Virus record (IMG/VR): IMGVR_UViG_3300032173_000008
Coordinates: 1 to 53,563 of that record
Source of the DNA: a virus
Lineage: Duplodnaviria > Caudoviricetes
Length of the DNA stretch: 53,563 nucleotides
Direction: 5' to 3' (one strand)
Part shown: positions 27,857 through 37,549 of the stretch, in pieces
Numbering within the stretch: position 1 is the first letter of the stretch
Layout: the number at the start of each line of letters is the position of its first letter
Notes under the pieces: model-generated
Databases searched by the model: none
What the model saw: the letters and a program-made list of their open reading frames with translations, nothing else
What the model was told of the DNA's origin: nothing
Translations under genes and position numbers: made by a program

Positions 27857-27987
27857 ACTGGCGCGAGGTACTCGGACGGCTCGCGTTTGTCTTTCATTGG
27901 CCACCGTCTGAACTAAAGCAGCTCACGGTGGAGGAGATGCTGGCCTGGAGCGCACAGGCCGTGAAGTTCGGAGGCGGACATGGCTGA
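27841..27987 (+). other. Programmed -1 frameshift site and extended chaperone frame (GpE'-like)
   Basis: Slippery G GGA AAA at 27841-27847; -1 frame IEVDWREVLGRLAFVFHWPPSELKQLTVEEMLAW. Confidence 0.85.
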
Positions 27988-29761
27988 CATGAAAGTCGGG
28001 TTGGTCGTCGAGCTGGTCAACAAGACCGGCGCCGCGCTCAAAGAAATCACCAACAACTTCTCGGTGATGAGGGCCGCAGCCAAGACGGCCGAGAGATACT
28101 TCGACTGGGGCATGAAGCTCAACCAGAGCTCCGAGGCCTTCTCCAGATTCAGTGACAAAGCGCAGCACCTTATCGAGAAGCCGGTCGAGGACGCCTCGGA
28201 CCTGCAGGCCGCTCTGAGCCAGATAGGGGCCAGGTCGCAGGCCTCCGCCGGTCAGATGGCGGCGATCAGCGACGCCGCACTGCGTATTGGGACCGAGAGC
28301 GAGTTCAACGTCACCGCCGTGGCCACGGCGCTTAAGTCGCTGATGCGCCCGGGAGCAGACGTCAACAAGGTTCTCGGGGCCATGCCGCAGATCACGGCCT
28401 TCGCATCCGCCGGCGTGACGGACCTCGGCACAGCCACGTCCCTCGTATCGCACACGATGAAGGCTTACGGCCTGACACTCGACGACGTTGGTACGGTGAC
28501 GGACACGCTGACCAAGGCCGCTAGGCTTTCTGGGCAGCCAGTCGCGCAGCTCGGTGAGAGCATCGCCGAGCTCGGCCCCGTTGCACATGCGATGGGATTG
28601 GATTTCAGCCAATCGACCTCGATGATCGGCATGATGACCCGCGCCGGTCTCTCCGGAGAGCGGGCGATGGGAGCGATGCGCGCGGTTCTCTTGCGCCTGG
28701 CGGCGCCGCGCTCCGTAAAGGAATCGGCCGCCGTCCTAAGCAGCATCGGTGTCAGCGCCTATGATGCGCAGCGCAATCTCCGTTCTCTGCCAGAGCTGCT
28801 CGCCGACATCGGGGAGAAGACCGCCTCGATGGGTTCTGCTGAGCGGATCCGGGCCTTCAAGACACTCTTTGGCTCGATGGCTGGCGGAAACGTGGCCGCG
28901 ATGTTCGAGGGCCTTGGCTCCGGCGGCGTCGCCTCCTACATGACGCAGATGGCCAACGTCACCGGCGAAACCAAAATTGCCGAGAAGACCATCGAGGCCA
29001 CTGCTAAAGCGTCGAAAGAGCGACTCGAGGCATCGTACACGTCACTGAGTGCGACGATGGGGACGGCGCTCATCCCGGCGACGACCAGGTGGAACAATCT
29101 ACTCGCGTCGGTGGTAGGTGGAACCGCAAAGCTCGCATCCGCTGCCCCGATCACGACGTTTGCCCTCATGGGGACGGCGAAAGGAGCCGCGACGCTGGCC
29201 TCGGCAGGGTCTGAAACACTCAAGACGTTGTCGGCGCTGAGCGGGGCAGCGGGGTTGGTGGCTCTCGCTACAGGTGGCAAACATACGGCGGCGGAGCTAG
29301 TTGGGAAGCTCATCCCGGCCCTTAACGCGTCCAAGTTCGCCGCTCTCGGGCTCAAGGCAGGATTGATAGGCGCCGCCGCGGCATCGACGACGTGGGCTGT
29401 CGGTCAGTGGGTGGACGTTTTCAAGACTGCCCGCAGTATACGCGACAAAAAAGGCGAAATTCAGACGCAAGAAAAAATGAATCTCGAACGCCGTACGCAG
29501 GCGGTCCTCGAGGGAAGGATGCCGGCTGACTTTACTGGCGGAAACCAGACCGCTGGCGCTCTTGGCTCACCAATGACGGAGGAGGAAGTCCGGGCGCGTG
29601 TTGGATCATCAAAGAGCGCAGCTCCGGAGCAGCCCATGACGGGTACGCTCCATATCGTGGTCGAGGGAAAAGACGGAGCTCAGGCCACCGTAAAAAACAT
29701 CAAGACGGCTGCCGGCATGAATCTCGACATCAACAACGGCATCTCCGTGGGAGCCTACTGA
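27980..29761 (+). CDS. Tape measure protein
   Basis: Ala-rich helical protein with TP901-like core; synteny. Confidence 0.9.
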   Translation: MADMKVGLVVELVNKTGAALKEITNNFSVMRAAAKTAERYFDWGMKLNQSSEAFSRFSDKAQHLIEKPVEDASDLQAALSQIGARSQASAGQMAAISDAALRIGTESEFNVTAVATALKSLMRPGADVNKVLGAMPQITAFASAGVTDLGTATSLVSHTMKAYGLTLDDVGTVTDTLTKAARLSGQPVAQLGESIAELGPVAHAMGLDFSQSTSMIGMMTRAGLSGERAMGAMRAVLLRLAAPRSVKESAAVLSSIGVSAYDAQRNLRSLPELLADIGEKTASMGSAERIRAFKTLFGSMAGGNVAAMFEGLGSGGVASYMTQMANVTGETKIAEKTIEATAKASKERLEASYTSLSATMGTALIPATTRWNNLLASVVGGTAKLASAAPITTFALMGTAKGAATLASAGSETLKTLSALSGAAGLVALATGGKHTAAELVGKLIPALNASKFAALGLKAGLIGAAAASTTWAVGQWVDVFKTARSIRDKKGEIQTQEKMNLERRTQAVLEGRMPADFTGGNQTAGALGSPMTEEEVRARVGSSKSAAPEQPMTGTLHIVVEGKDGAQATVKNIKTAAGMNLDINNGISVGAY

Positions 29762-29762
29762 C

Positions 29763-31091
29763 GTGGCTGCGGACGCCTTCGACACCAGCAAGATGCGCCC
29801 GGCCTCATTCCGCGGAGTGCAGTTCTACGTTGCATCATCGAGCCACAGTTTCGGCCGTCGCACCATCGTCAAGGAGTTTCCCGGACGATCAGAGCCATTC
29901 GTTGAGGACGTCGGGAAGCGCGCGCGACGGTACCAACTCGACGCCTTCGTGCTTGGGCCGAAATATTCCGCGCAACGGAACAAGCTCCGCGCTGCATTCG
30001 AGATTGAGGACCCCGGTACGCTCATTCACCCGTATTGGGGCACAATGTCGGTCGTCACCGACGGCGAGGTGTCGGTCAAGGAGATCGACTCCGAAATGGG
30101 ATTGGCGCGCCTGACGGTAACGCTTGTTGAGTTTGGCAAGCTGCCGGTGGTCGTGTCGATTGACACCGTTGCCGGCGTGCTTGGCGCGTGCTCCGCCGTG
30201 AAAGCGTCGCTCGTCACTGATTTTGCTCGTGCCACCACGTTCGTGTCCGCGATCGGCACTGTTTACAATGAGGGCGTCGCCATTGTCGGACAGGCGGCAT
30301 CGGCCGTGCGCGCTGCCCTCGGCAGGGTCCAGTCGGTCGTCAACACCATTGATGAAATCAGCGACCAGATACTGGCAATAGAGAATGGCGTCTCGTCGCT
30401 GCTCGCACTTCCGGGTAACCTCGTCAACTCCATCGTCGGGGTCTGGACATCGGTGTGCTCGTCTGTCTCCGGCATTGAATCTGCGTTTCTCTCTGCCGTT
30501 GGACTTGGTCCAGAGGGAGACAGCAGGGCCGACGTGCTTGCGAGACTTCCGTCGGCCGGTGGCCCGCTCTCGGACGACACACGCGCCTCCCTGCTGGGTG
30601 ACATTCTCACCAGCGGCAAGACCTTCGGTGATGACTGGACACCGATCCCGCTCACGACCACGAGCCGGCAGCAGCAGCAGGACAACCGTGACGCTTTCAT
30701 CCGAACCTCGCGAACATCAATCGCTGTCGGGGTGGCGGCCGCGGTGGTCGCCGACGGCATGACCTTCGCAGACAAGGACCAGGCGCTCTCCATGCGCGAC
30801 GCACTGGTGGACGAAATTGACGCGATCATCGCACTGGGCGGCATGGACGACGGCCTCTATGCTGCGCTGCGCGACTTGCAAGTAGCCGTTGTTGCGCACC
30901 TCAACAATGTCTCCGGATCGCTCCCGGACGTCATCGAGTTTACGCCATCGGTGACACTGCCGAGCCTCGTCGTTGCGCATCGGCTGTATGGAGACATCGG
31001 TCGCGAGGCCGAGATCATCGCGCGCAATCCACAGATCCGACACCCCGGCATGATTTGGCCGACCACGGCACTGAGAGTGCTGGCGCCATGA
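29763..31091 (+). CDS. Mu gpN-like DNA circularization protein
   Basis: ASFRGVQF, GTLIHPYWG and PSLVVAHRLYGD. Confidence 0.9.
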   Translation: MAADAFDTSKMRPASFRGVQFYVASSSHSFGRRTIVKEFPGRSEPFVEDVGKRARRYQLDAFVLGPKYSAQRNKLRAAFEIEDPGTLIHPYWGTMSVVTDGEVSVKEIDSEMGLARLTVTLVEFGKLPVVVSIDTVAGVLGACSAVKASLVTDFARATTFVSAIGTVYNEGVAIVGQAASAVRAALGRVQSVVNTIDEISDQILAIENGVSSLLALPGNLVNSIVGVWTSVCSSVSGIESAFLSAVGLGPEGDSRADVLARLPSAGGPLSDDTRASLLGDILTSGKTFGDDWTPIPLTTTSRQQQQDNRDAFIRTSRTSIAVGVAAAVVADGMTFADKDQALSMRDALVDEIDAIIALGGMDDGLYAALRDLQVAVVAHLNNVSGSLPDVIEFTPSVTLPSLVVAHRLYGDIGREAEIIARNPQIRHPGMIWPTTALRVLAP

Positions 31092-32134
31092 GTGAGGTCA
31101 CCCTTCACGCACGCGGCAAGACCTTCGGCGGCTGGCAGACCGTCGAAGTGAAACGCTCGATGGAAGCACTCGCCTCAGATTTCTCAGTCGGCTACGCGGA
31201 GAAGTGGGACCCCGACGCCGACCCCAGCATCATCTGTGGCGGCGACACGGTGATAGTAAAAGTCGACGGCGACGTTGTGATTAGCGGGTACGTCGACGAG
31301 GACGGCACCGACTACGACGCCACCTCGCACACGCTCAATGTCAACGGCCGATCCAAGACTGGCGACCTGGTCGATTGCAGCGTTCTGACACCACCGACGG
31401 AGTGGAACAATACCGACCTGCTGCACATCTGCCAGGCGGTCTGTAAACCGTTCGGTATTTCTGCCTCGCTGGTGACATTCGGCGGTCCGGCGTTTGAAAA
31501 ATTCGCGGTACAGCCAGGAGAAACGGCATTCGAGTGCCTGAACCGAGCCGCCCGGCAGCGCGGGAACATGCTCTTTACGACGCCGGCCGGAAACCTCCAG
31601 ATCATTCGTTCCACGGCCGCGCCGAGAATCAAGACGGTCCTCGAACTGGGTGTCAACGTCCTCCGCGGCTCTCGCCGCACAAATGTCCGCGAGCGCCATT
31701 CGCAGTATATCGCCTTCGCCCAGGTGCCAGGCACCGACCAATCCTTCGGCTCCTCGGTCAACGAACAGAAGCGGACAACCAATGACGCCGGCGTCAAACG
31801 GTACCGTCCGTTGGTCATCATGTCCGAGTCCCCGGATGCGAACGACCTCCAGCAGCGCGTGAACTGGGAACGCAACACGCGGCAGGGCCGTTGCCGGCGT
31901 CTGACATACACGGTGCAGGGTTGGCGGCATGACGCTGGCGTATGGTCGCCGAATACTGTTGCGCGCGTGAAGGACTATATAGCGCGGGTGGACTCAGATT
32001 GGCTGATCGTCACCGTTCGCCTTTTGAAAGGTGAGGAGGGCGAGACCACTGAGTTGGAGCTCGCCGGCGTCCACGCCTTCGACGTCGAGCCATGGGTCGA
32101 GAAGGCGAACCCGGCAGAGGTTTATCCGTCATGA
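31088..32134 (+). CDS. Mu gpP (gp44)-like baseplate hub
   Basis: FGGWQTVEVKRSME, GRSKTGDLVDCS and YTVQGWR. Confidence 0.9.
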   Translation: MSEVTLHARGKTFGGWQTVEVKRSMEALASDFSVGYAEKWDPDADPSIICGGDTVIVKVDGDVVISGYVDEDGTDYDATSHTLNVNGRSKTGDLVDCSVLTPPTEWNNTDLLHICQAVCKPFGISASLVTFGGPAFEKFAVQPGETAFECLNRAARQRGNMLFTTPAGNLQIIRSTAAPRIKTVLELGVNVLRGSRRTNVRERHSQYIAFAQVPGTDQSFGSSVNEQKRTTNDAGVKRYRPLVIMSESPDANDLQQRVNWERNTRQGRCRRLTYTVQGWRHDAGVWSPNTVARVKDYIARVDSDWLIVTVRLLKGEEGETTELELAGVHAFDVEPWVEKANPAEVYPS

Positions 32135-32694
32135 CGACGCAGGACCTCATCAACGCTGTGCGCAAGGTCGTCGCGCCGCTTGAGCGTCGTGTTCGTCTCA
32201 TGGTGGCGCGTGGCGTGATCAACCGCGTTACGGACACCACGAAGACCCAAACCGTGCAGGTCAACTTGCTGGCTGACGAGGTTCGTGACGGTGTCGAGCG
32301 CCCGCAGCAATACGGGTTCACCTCGAGGCCGTTCGCTGGTGCAGAAGCCGTGTTTCTGGCCGTTGGCGGATCACGTGACCACGGAGTTATTGTGGCGACT
32401 GATGATCGTCGGTACCGACCGCTAACGTTGGCCGAGGGCGAAGTCGCACTCTACACACATCAGGGCATTCTGGTCGTGCTCAAAGTGGGGCAGGTCGTCG
32501 AGCTCGGGCCGTCGCCGACCGACTTCGTCGCCCTCGCGCCGAACACTGAGAACCGGCTGGCTGCACTCGAATCTTTTGCTCTCCAGCACATGCACCCGAC
32601 CGCCGCGCTCGGTCCGCCATCTGTGGCGACTCCGCCGCCAGTCCTAAACACTCCACCTGCACCGGTAGCGGCGACGAAGGTGAAGGCCAAGTGA
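32131..32694 (+). CDS. Mu gp45-like baseplate spike
   Basis: QYGFTSRP, DRRYRP, GEVALY and HMH. Confidence 0.88.
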   Translation: MTTQDLINAVRKVVAPLERRVRLMVARGVINRVTDTTKTQTVQVNLLADEVRDGVERPQQYGFTSRPFAGAEAVFLAVGGSRDHGVIVATDDRRYRPLTLAEGEVALYTHQGILVVLKVGQVVELGPSPTDFVALAPNTENRLAALESFALQHMHPTAALGPPSVATPPPVLNTPPAPVAATKVKAK

Positions 32695-33149
32695 TTCGCC
32701 TGAACTACAACGCAACGCTGCAGCGCTGCGACCTCGTGCGCAACGGCGGCAACATCCAGACCGACCAGGGCCTTGAGACGGCTGTACTGATCTCCTGGTT
32801 GACTGACCGGCGCGCAGCAGATGACGACGAACTGCCCGGTGGGCCCAACGACGATAGACGCGGTTGGTGGGGTGACTCATTCGCCAAGACACCCGGGGAC
32901 CTGGTCGGATCTCGGCGGTGGCTAATCGAGAGGATGACGGCTACCGAAGAGAACGGAAATACGGCAGCTGATTACATGCGCGAATGCCTCCAGTGGATGC
33001 TGGACGACGGCGTCGCCAGTCAGATCGACGTGACCTTGGTCGCGTGGACGCCGGCGCTGCAGCTGCAAGTCGACATCTTTCGGCCAGACGGCACCAAGTG
33101 GTGGCGCGTCTGGGACGCCCAACTAGGTCTTACAGGAGGCGCGACGTGA
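32691..33149 (+). CDS. Mu gp46-like baseplate protein
   Basis: LETAVLISWLTDRRA, RRGWWGD and LQWMLDDGVA. Confidence 0.9.
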   Translation: MIRLNYNATLQRCDLVRNGGNIQTDQGLETAVLISWLTDRRAADDDELPGGPNDDRRGWWGDSFAKTPGDLVGSRRWLIERMTATEENGNTAADYMRECLQWMLDDGVASQIDVTLVAWTPALQLQVDIFRPDGTKWWRVWDAQLGLTGGAT

Positions 33150-34222
33150 GCTTCACCCGACCGACTCTCCCCGCCATCGTGGCGCGGATCCGGACCGATA
33201 TTGAAACCAAGCTCGCCGGCGCCGACGCCGACGTGCGCCGCACCTTCGAGGACATCCTCGCCGTTGCGCTTGCCGGCGGGCATCACCTCGAACACGGCCA
33301 TCTGGTGTGGCTGTCAACCCAGCTGTTTGCTGACACTGCTGACGCTGAATTTGTGCAGCGCTGGGCGTCGCTGTTTGGCCTCACGATCCGCGCGGCCGTC
33401 AAGGCGACGACCAAGACGGCCTTGACTATTACCGGCACTGTCGGCGCCGATTGCCCGTCCCACACGAAATGGCAGACCGCCGCCGGCGTCGTCTACGACC
33501 AGGACGCGCTGTCCACCATCGGGGGTGGAGGCTCGATCACCATCGCTCTGACTGCCGACGTCGCCGGCGTCGACGGGAACGCCGCGTCCGGTGTGACACT
33601 TTCGTTGGTGTCTCCGGTAACGGGGATCGACTCATCGGCCACGTTGACGGGAGACGGTATTGAAGGTGGTCTCTATCAGGAGACCACCGAGGAACTGCGC
33701 GCCCGCCTGCTCCAGCGTCTGCGAAATCCGCCGAAGGGCGGAGGTACTGGCGACTACATCAACTGGGCCCTCGAGGTCGCCGGCGTGACGCGGGCGTGGG
33801 AATACCCCAACCTATATGGCGTCGGCACGGTCGGGCTGGCATTTGTCTGCGACAGCCTGACGCCGATCATCCCTGACCCGACGAAGTTGGCTGAGGTCGC
33901 TGCCCACATCGAAACGAAGTGCCCGGTCACCATCTCTACGGACGCTGGGACGCTGTTCGTGTTCGCATTGACTCCGCTTACGTACAACGTCACCGCCTCC
34001 ATTACGCCCAACACTGGTGCGGTGCAGGCTGCGGCCGAGGCTGAGATTGCTGATCTGTTGCTGCGGGAGGCGGAGCCGAACGGAACCGTCCTGCTGTCGC
34101 ACCTCGACGAGGTCATTTCTCGGGCCAATGGCGAGACCGATCACGTTGTTACATCGCCGGTGGCTGACTTCGATCAGGCGTTCAACGAAATCGCCGTTAT
34201 GGGGACCGTCACATGGGTGTAA
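33146..34222 (+). CDS. Baseplate J-like protein (Mu gp47)
   Basis: FTRPTL and PPKGGGTGDYINWALEVAGVTRAW. Confidence 0.9.
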   Translation: MSFTRPTLPAIVARIRTDIETKLAGADADVRRTFEDILAVALAGGHHLEHGHLVWLSTQLFADTADAEFVQRWASLFGLTIRAAVKATTKTALTITGTVGADCPSHTKWQTAAGVVYDQDALSTIGGGGSITIALTADVAGVDGNAASGVTLSLVSPVTGIDSSATLTGDGIEGGLYQETTEELRARLLQRLRNPPKGGGTGDYINWALEVAGVTRAWEYPNLYGVGTVGLAFVCDSLTPIIPDPTKLAEVAAHIETKCPVTISTDAGTLFVFALTPLTYNVTASITPNTGAVQAAAEAEIADLLLREAEPNGTVLLSHLDEVISRANGETDHVVTSPVADFDQAFNEIAVMGTVTWV

Positions 34223-35706
34223 ACGGTTCAGCTCTGGAAATGCTCCAGGGCCTGCTGCCGCCCGGGCCGGCTTGGACGCGCGATGCGGATGCGGATTTCA
34301 CTGATCTACTCGATGCCTGTGCCCAGGAGTTTGAGCGCGTCGAAGCACGAGCTGACGTGGACCTGATCAACGAGGCGGACCCGAGGACGGCATCTGAGAC
34401 CCTCGAGGATTGGGAACGCCTACTGGCTCTTCCTGATGCGTCGGCGCCGGCCGGATACGCGACCGACCGCAACGAAGCGATCACCGGTAAATACGCATTC
34501 CAAGGCGGCCAGGAGGACGGCTTCTACCGAGGCCTCGCGGCGACTGCGGGCTACTCCATTGCGCATTTTTCGCGTCCCTGGCCGGTGGCCAGCTGCGTGA
34601 GTGCGTGTGTCGCTCCTCTCTATGATTGGCATTGGCGTTCAGCGTGGCTGACGAAGGTTGTTGGGCACACGGACAACTCGGTTCTGGAGTGGCTTTTTGC
34701 GTCGAACAAGCAGCTCCACACCTGGCCGTTGTTCGCCTACCTCGGGACGAGCTGGACCGAGCGCACAAACCCGAAGAACAAACGACTCAGCGCTGTCTGT
34801 TGGGCGCCGGAGCTCGGCATCTATTGTGCAGTCGGGTCTGACGATGGATCGGACGCGTACATCTGCACGTCGCACGATGGGATCACGTGGGGTGAACAGG
34901 CCAACCCCAAGAACGTCTCACTCTCGGGGGTCTGCTGGTCGCCGGAACTGACGCTCTTTGTCGCTGTGGGCGCGGCTGATGGCGGCGACGCATATATCAT
35001 CACCTCGCCTAACGGAATCGCATGGACGGAGCAGGCGAACCCGAAAAACAAGCAACTCTACTCGGTCTGCTGGTCGCCCGAGCTGACGCTCTTCGTGGCG
35101 GTCGGTTACTTCGATGGCGTCGATGCGTATCTCATCACCTCGGCCAACGGTACGGCTTGGACCGAGCGCGCAAATCCGAAAAATAAGATCCTCAACGGAG
35201 TCTGCTGGGCGCCGGAACTCGGCCTGTTCGTGGCCGTTGGCAACGACGATGGTTCCGACGCGTATATCGTGACTTCGACCAACGGTACAGCGTGGGCTGA
35301 ACAGACCAACCCGCAGAACATACAACTCAACGCGGTGGCGTGGAGTCCGGCGCTCCATCTCTTTGTCGCGACTGGCGAATACACGAGCACGGGCGTTGTC
35401 GGACCCTACACGGTCACGTCTCCGGACGGTCAGAACTGGACGCTCCTCGCGGCTGAACCCTCCACGTTTTTCTCGGCCTACGCGGTCTCATGGGCGGCCG
35501 ACCTCGGTCTGTTCGTACTGGGCGGCACTGGCGCAGGCGCCGGCAGCTCGCTTCTCTGGACCTCTCCGGATGGTGCGACATGGACGCAGCAAACGAATCC
35601 GAAGGGATGGGCGGCGTTCGGCATCGCATGGAGCCACGAACTTTTTCAATTCGTCACGGTTGGCGCGGCCGACGGCGGCGACGCATATCTCTTGACCTCT
35701 CCATAG
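34213..35706 (+). CDS. Mu gp48/YmfQ-like protein fused to seven beta-propeller repeats
   Basis: LLPPGPAW and ETLEDWERLLALP; seven ~45-aa repeats W..Q.NPKN..L..VCWSPEL.LFVAVG. Confidence 0.8.
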   Translation: MGVNGSALEMLQGLLPPGPAWTRDADADFTDLLDACAQEFERVEARADVDLINEADPRTASETLEDWERLLALPDASAPAGYATDRNEAITGKYAFQGGQEDGFYRGLAATAGYSIAHFSRPWPVASCVSACVAPLYDWHWRSAWLTKVVGHTDNSVLEWLFASNKQLHTWPLFAYLGTSWTERTNPKNKRLSAVCWAPELGIYCAVGSDDGSDAYICTSHDGITWGEQANPKNVSLSGVCWSPELTLFVAVGAADGGDAYIITSPNGIAWTEQANPKNKQLYSVCWSPELTLFVAVGYFDGVDAYLITSANGTAWTERANPKNKILNGVCWAPELGLFVAVGNDDGSDAYIVTSTNGTAWAEQTNPQNIQLNAVAWSPALHLFVATGEYTSTGVVGPYTVTSPDGQNWTLLAAEPSTFFSAYAVSWAADLGLFVLGGTGAGAGSSLLWTSPDGATWTQQTNPKGWAAFGIAWSHELFQFVTVGAADGGDAYLLTSP

Positions 35707-35715
35707 GAGACTCAG

Positions 35716-36924
35716 ATGCACCGTATCGACAGCGCAAACGTAGACCCCAATGAGTTTGGTACCGGCAAGGCGGGATTTACCGCTGGCGACCCGGAGCACG
35801 GCATATCGCCCACCGACCTCAATCCCGACTGGCTGGACTCGGTGCAGGAGGAAATCTCCGGCGTTGTCGAGGGCGAGGGTGCGACGTTGGTCAAGGGGAC
35901 GAACACGCAACTCGCCGCAGCCATCACGCAATTCGTGCACAGGACGGCTGATGCCATCGCGCTCATGAATGCCAAGCGCTACCTCTCCAGTGTGGGCAAC
36001 GACTACCGCGGGCTGGCTAAATTCACCGGGGCTCCAGTGGTGATTGTCGGCGGTTCGGGGGGCGCAGGGTCAATCCAGACGTTTGACGGATTCACGTTGA
36101 CCTCGCACACGCCGGACAACTCCTTCGTTGGTATTTTTTACGACGTGTGTGCGTACTCTGGCGGTTTGTTTGTCGCTGTCGGATCAGCGGGGGAGATCCA
36201 AAAGTCAAACGATGGAGCGACCTGGGCACACCAAGCTGCTGATAGCGCCTACGCTGGCGCATTCCACAGCGTCGCCTGCCAGGCAGGGGTAGAGCTTTTC
36301 GTCGCAGTTGGGTCTGGCGGGGAGATTCAGACATCGACGAACGCTACTACATGGACGCACCGGACGGCGGATGCCAGCTATTCCGGCACCTTTTATCGGG
36401 TGTTCTGGTCGGTCACGCTCGGCAAGTTTGTAGCGGTCGGCACCGGCAGCGAGATCCAGACTTCATCTGACGGCACGACTTGGTCACACAAGACGAACGC
36501 CACGTTCACTGGCACATTCATGGGGGGATGCGACGCCGTAATCAATGGCGTCGCTGGCGTTGTCATCGTCGGTGCCACGGCCGGCGGTGTGAACGAGGTG
36601 CAAACCTCGACCAATGGTACGACCTGGGCTCACCGAACCTGCCCGAGCGCTGGCGCATACGGCGTCTACTGGGTCGTCCAGACGGGAGTGGCCTATGGAA
36701 GCAACTTCCTGGTGGTCGCCGGCGGTGCCGAGGTTGTCTACTCGATTGACGGTTGCGTGACGTGGCACAGCCTTGGAGCGACGGGCCTCACGTACGCGGC
36801 CATGCTCTATCCGAACACCATGGGGACAGGTAAGGCCAGGATCGCTATCGCCTCTGGCTCGGTGGCCTATCCCGTCGCGCAGGGGGTGTTCCTTCTCACC
36901 GAGGTGGTCGGAGCATGGGCATGA
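35716..36924 (+). CDS. Tail fibre/receptor-binding protein with Asp-box-like repeats
   Basis: MHRID...WLDSVQEEI N-terminus; repeated FVAVG..GEIQTS.DG.TW.H. Confidence 0.8.
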   Translation: MHRIDSANVDPNEFGTGKAGFTAGDPEHGISPTDLNPDWLDSVQEEISGVVEGEGATLVKGTNTQLAAAITQFVHRTADAIALMNAKRYLSSVGNDYRGLAKFTGAPVVIVGGSGGAGSIQTFDGFTLTSHTPDNSFVGIFYDVCAYSGGLFVAVGSAGEIQKSNDGATWAHQAADSAYAGAFHSVACQAGVELFVAVGSGGEIQTSTNATTWTHRTADASYSGTFYRVFWSVTLGKFVAVGTGSEIQTSSDGTTWSHKTNATFTGTFMGGCDAVINGVAGVVIVGATAGGVNEVQTSTNGTTWAHRTCPSAGAYGVYWVVQTGVAYGSNFLVVAGGAEVVYSIDGCVTWHSLGATGLTYAAMLYPNTMGTGKARIAIASGSVAYPVAQGVFLLTEVVGAWA

Positions 36925-37265
36925 CCGTCGTCCGTCTCACCTGGGACCTGCCGCTCGGCATCGCCGCGCTGACGGTGCACGACCGCGTGTTGGTGTCGTG
37001 GTCGACGTGGAGGTCTTGGACGGCCGAGGAGATGGCGGCGCTGCTCCTGCACGAGGGAAAGCACGTCGAGCAGATCGCGCGCTGGCACGCGAGGGCGTGG
37101 TGGCTCGGCGACGTCGCCTGGTGGCTCGTCTACCTGTTCTGCCTGCCGGCTGGTTGGAATCCGTGCCGACGCCGGTGGGAGACCGAGGCCTACGTCGCCG
37201 AGGGCTTCACCGCCGACGAGGCGCGCGACATCCTGAGAGGGGCGCCGCACTGGCTATGGGCGTGA
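36921..37265 (+). CDS. Small HExxH metallopeptidase-like protein
   Basis: LLHEGKHVEQ...WETEAY. Confidence 0.6.
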   Translation: MTVVRLTWDLPLGIAALTVHDRVLVSWSTWRSWTAEEMAALLLHEGKHVEQIARWHARAWWLGDVAWWLVYLFCLPAGWNPCRRRWETEAYVAEGFTADEARDILRGAPHWLWA

Positions 37266-37549
37266 GCTGGCTACCATACGCGGCGCTCGGGCTGGCGGCT
37301 CTGCTCTGCCTCGTCAGCCTGCTCGTGCTCTGGCGGCTCAACCGGGCGGTCAGCTACCTGACCGGCCGCGTTGGCATCGTCGAGCAGCGCGTCGAGTACC
37401 CGACCGAGCAGGTGCGCCGGCTGACGGACACGTTCTCAGACGTGGTCGTCGAGGAGCTGCAGGCGGCGGCCGACCGCATCGACGAGCGCCTCGACCCGAC
37501 GGTCGTGCGCGAGAAACCGCCTGAGATCAAGAAACGGAAGCGCGCATGA
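37256..37549 (+). CDS. Single-pass membrane protein
   Basis: YAALGLAALLCLVSLLVLW. Confidence 0.55.
   Translation: MGVSWLPYAALGLAALLCLVSLLVLWRLNRAVSYLTGRVGIVEQRVEYPTEQVRRLTDTFSDVVVEELQAAADRIDERLDPTVVREKPPEIKKRKRA

Noticed and set aside
34750-36630. Repeats as a CRISPR array or DGR template/variable pair
   Set aside because: In-frame protein repeats with synonymous variation; no constant repeat-spacer pattern and no reverse transcriptase.
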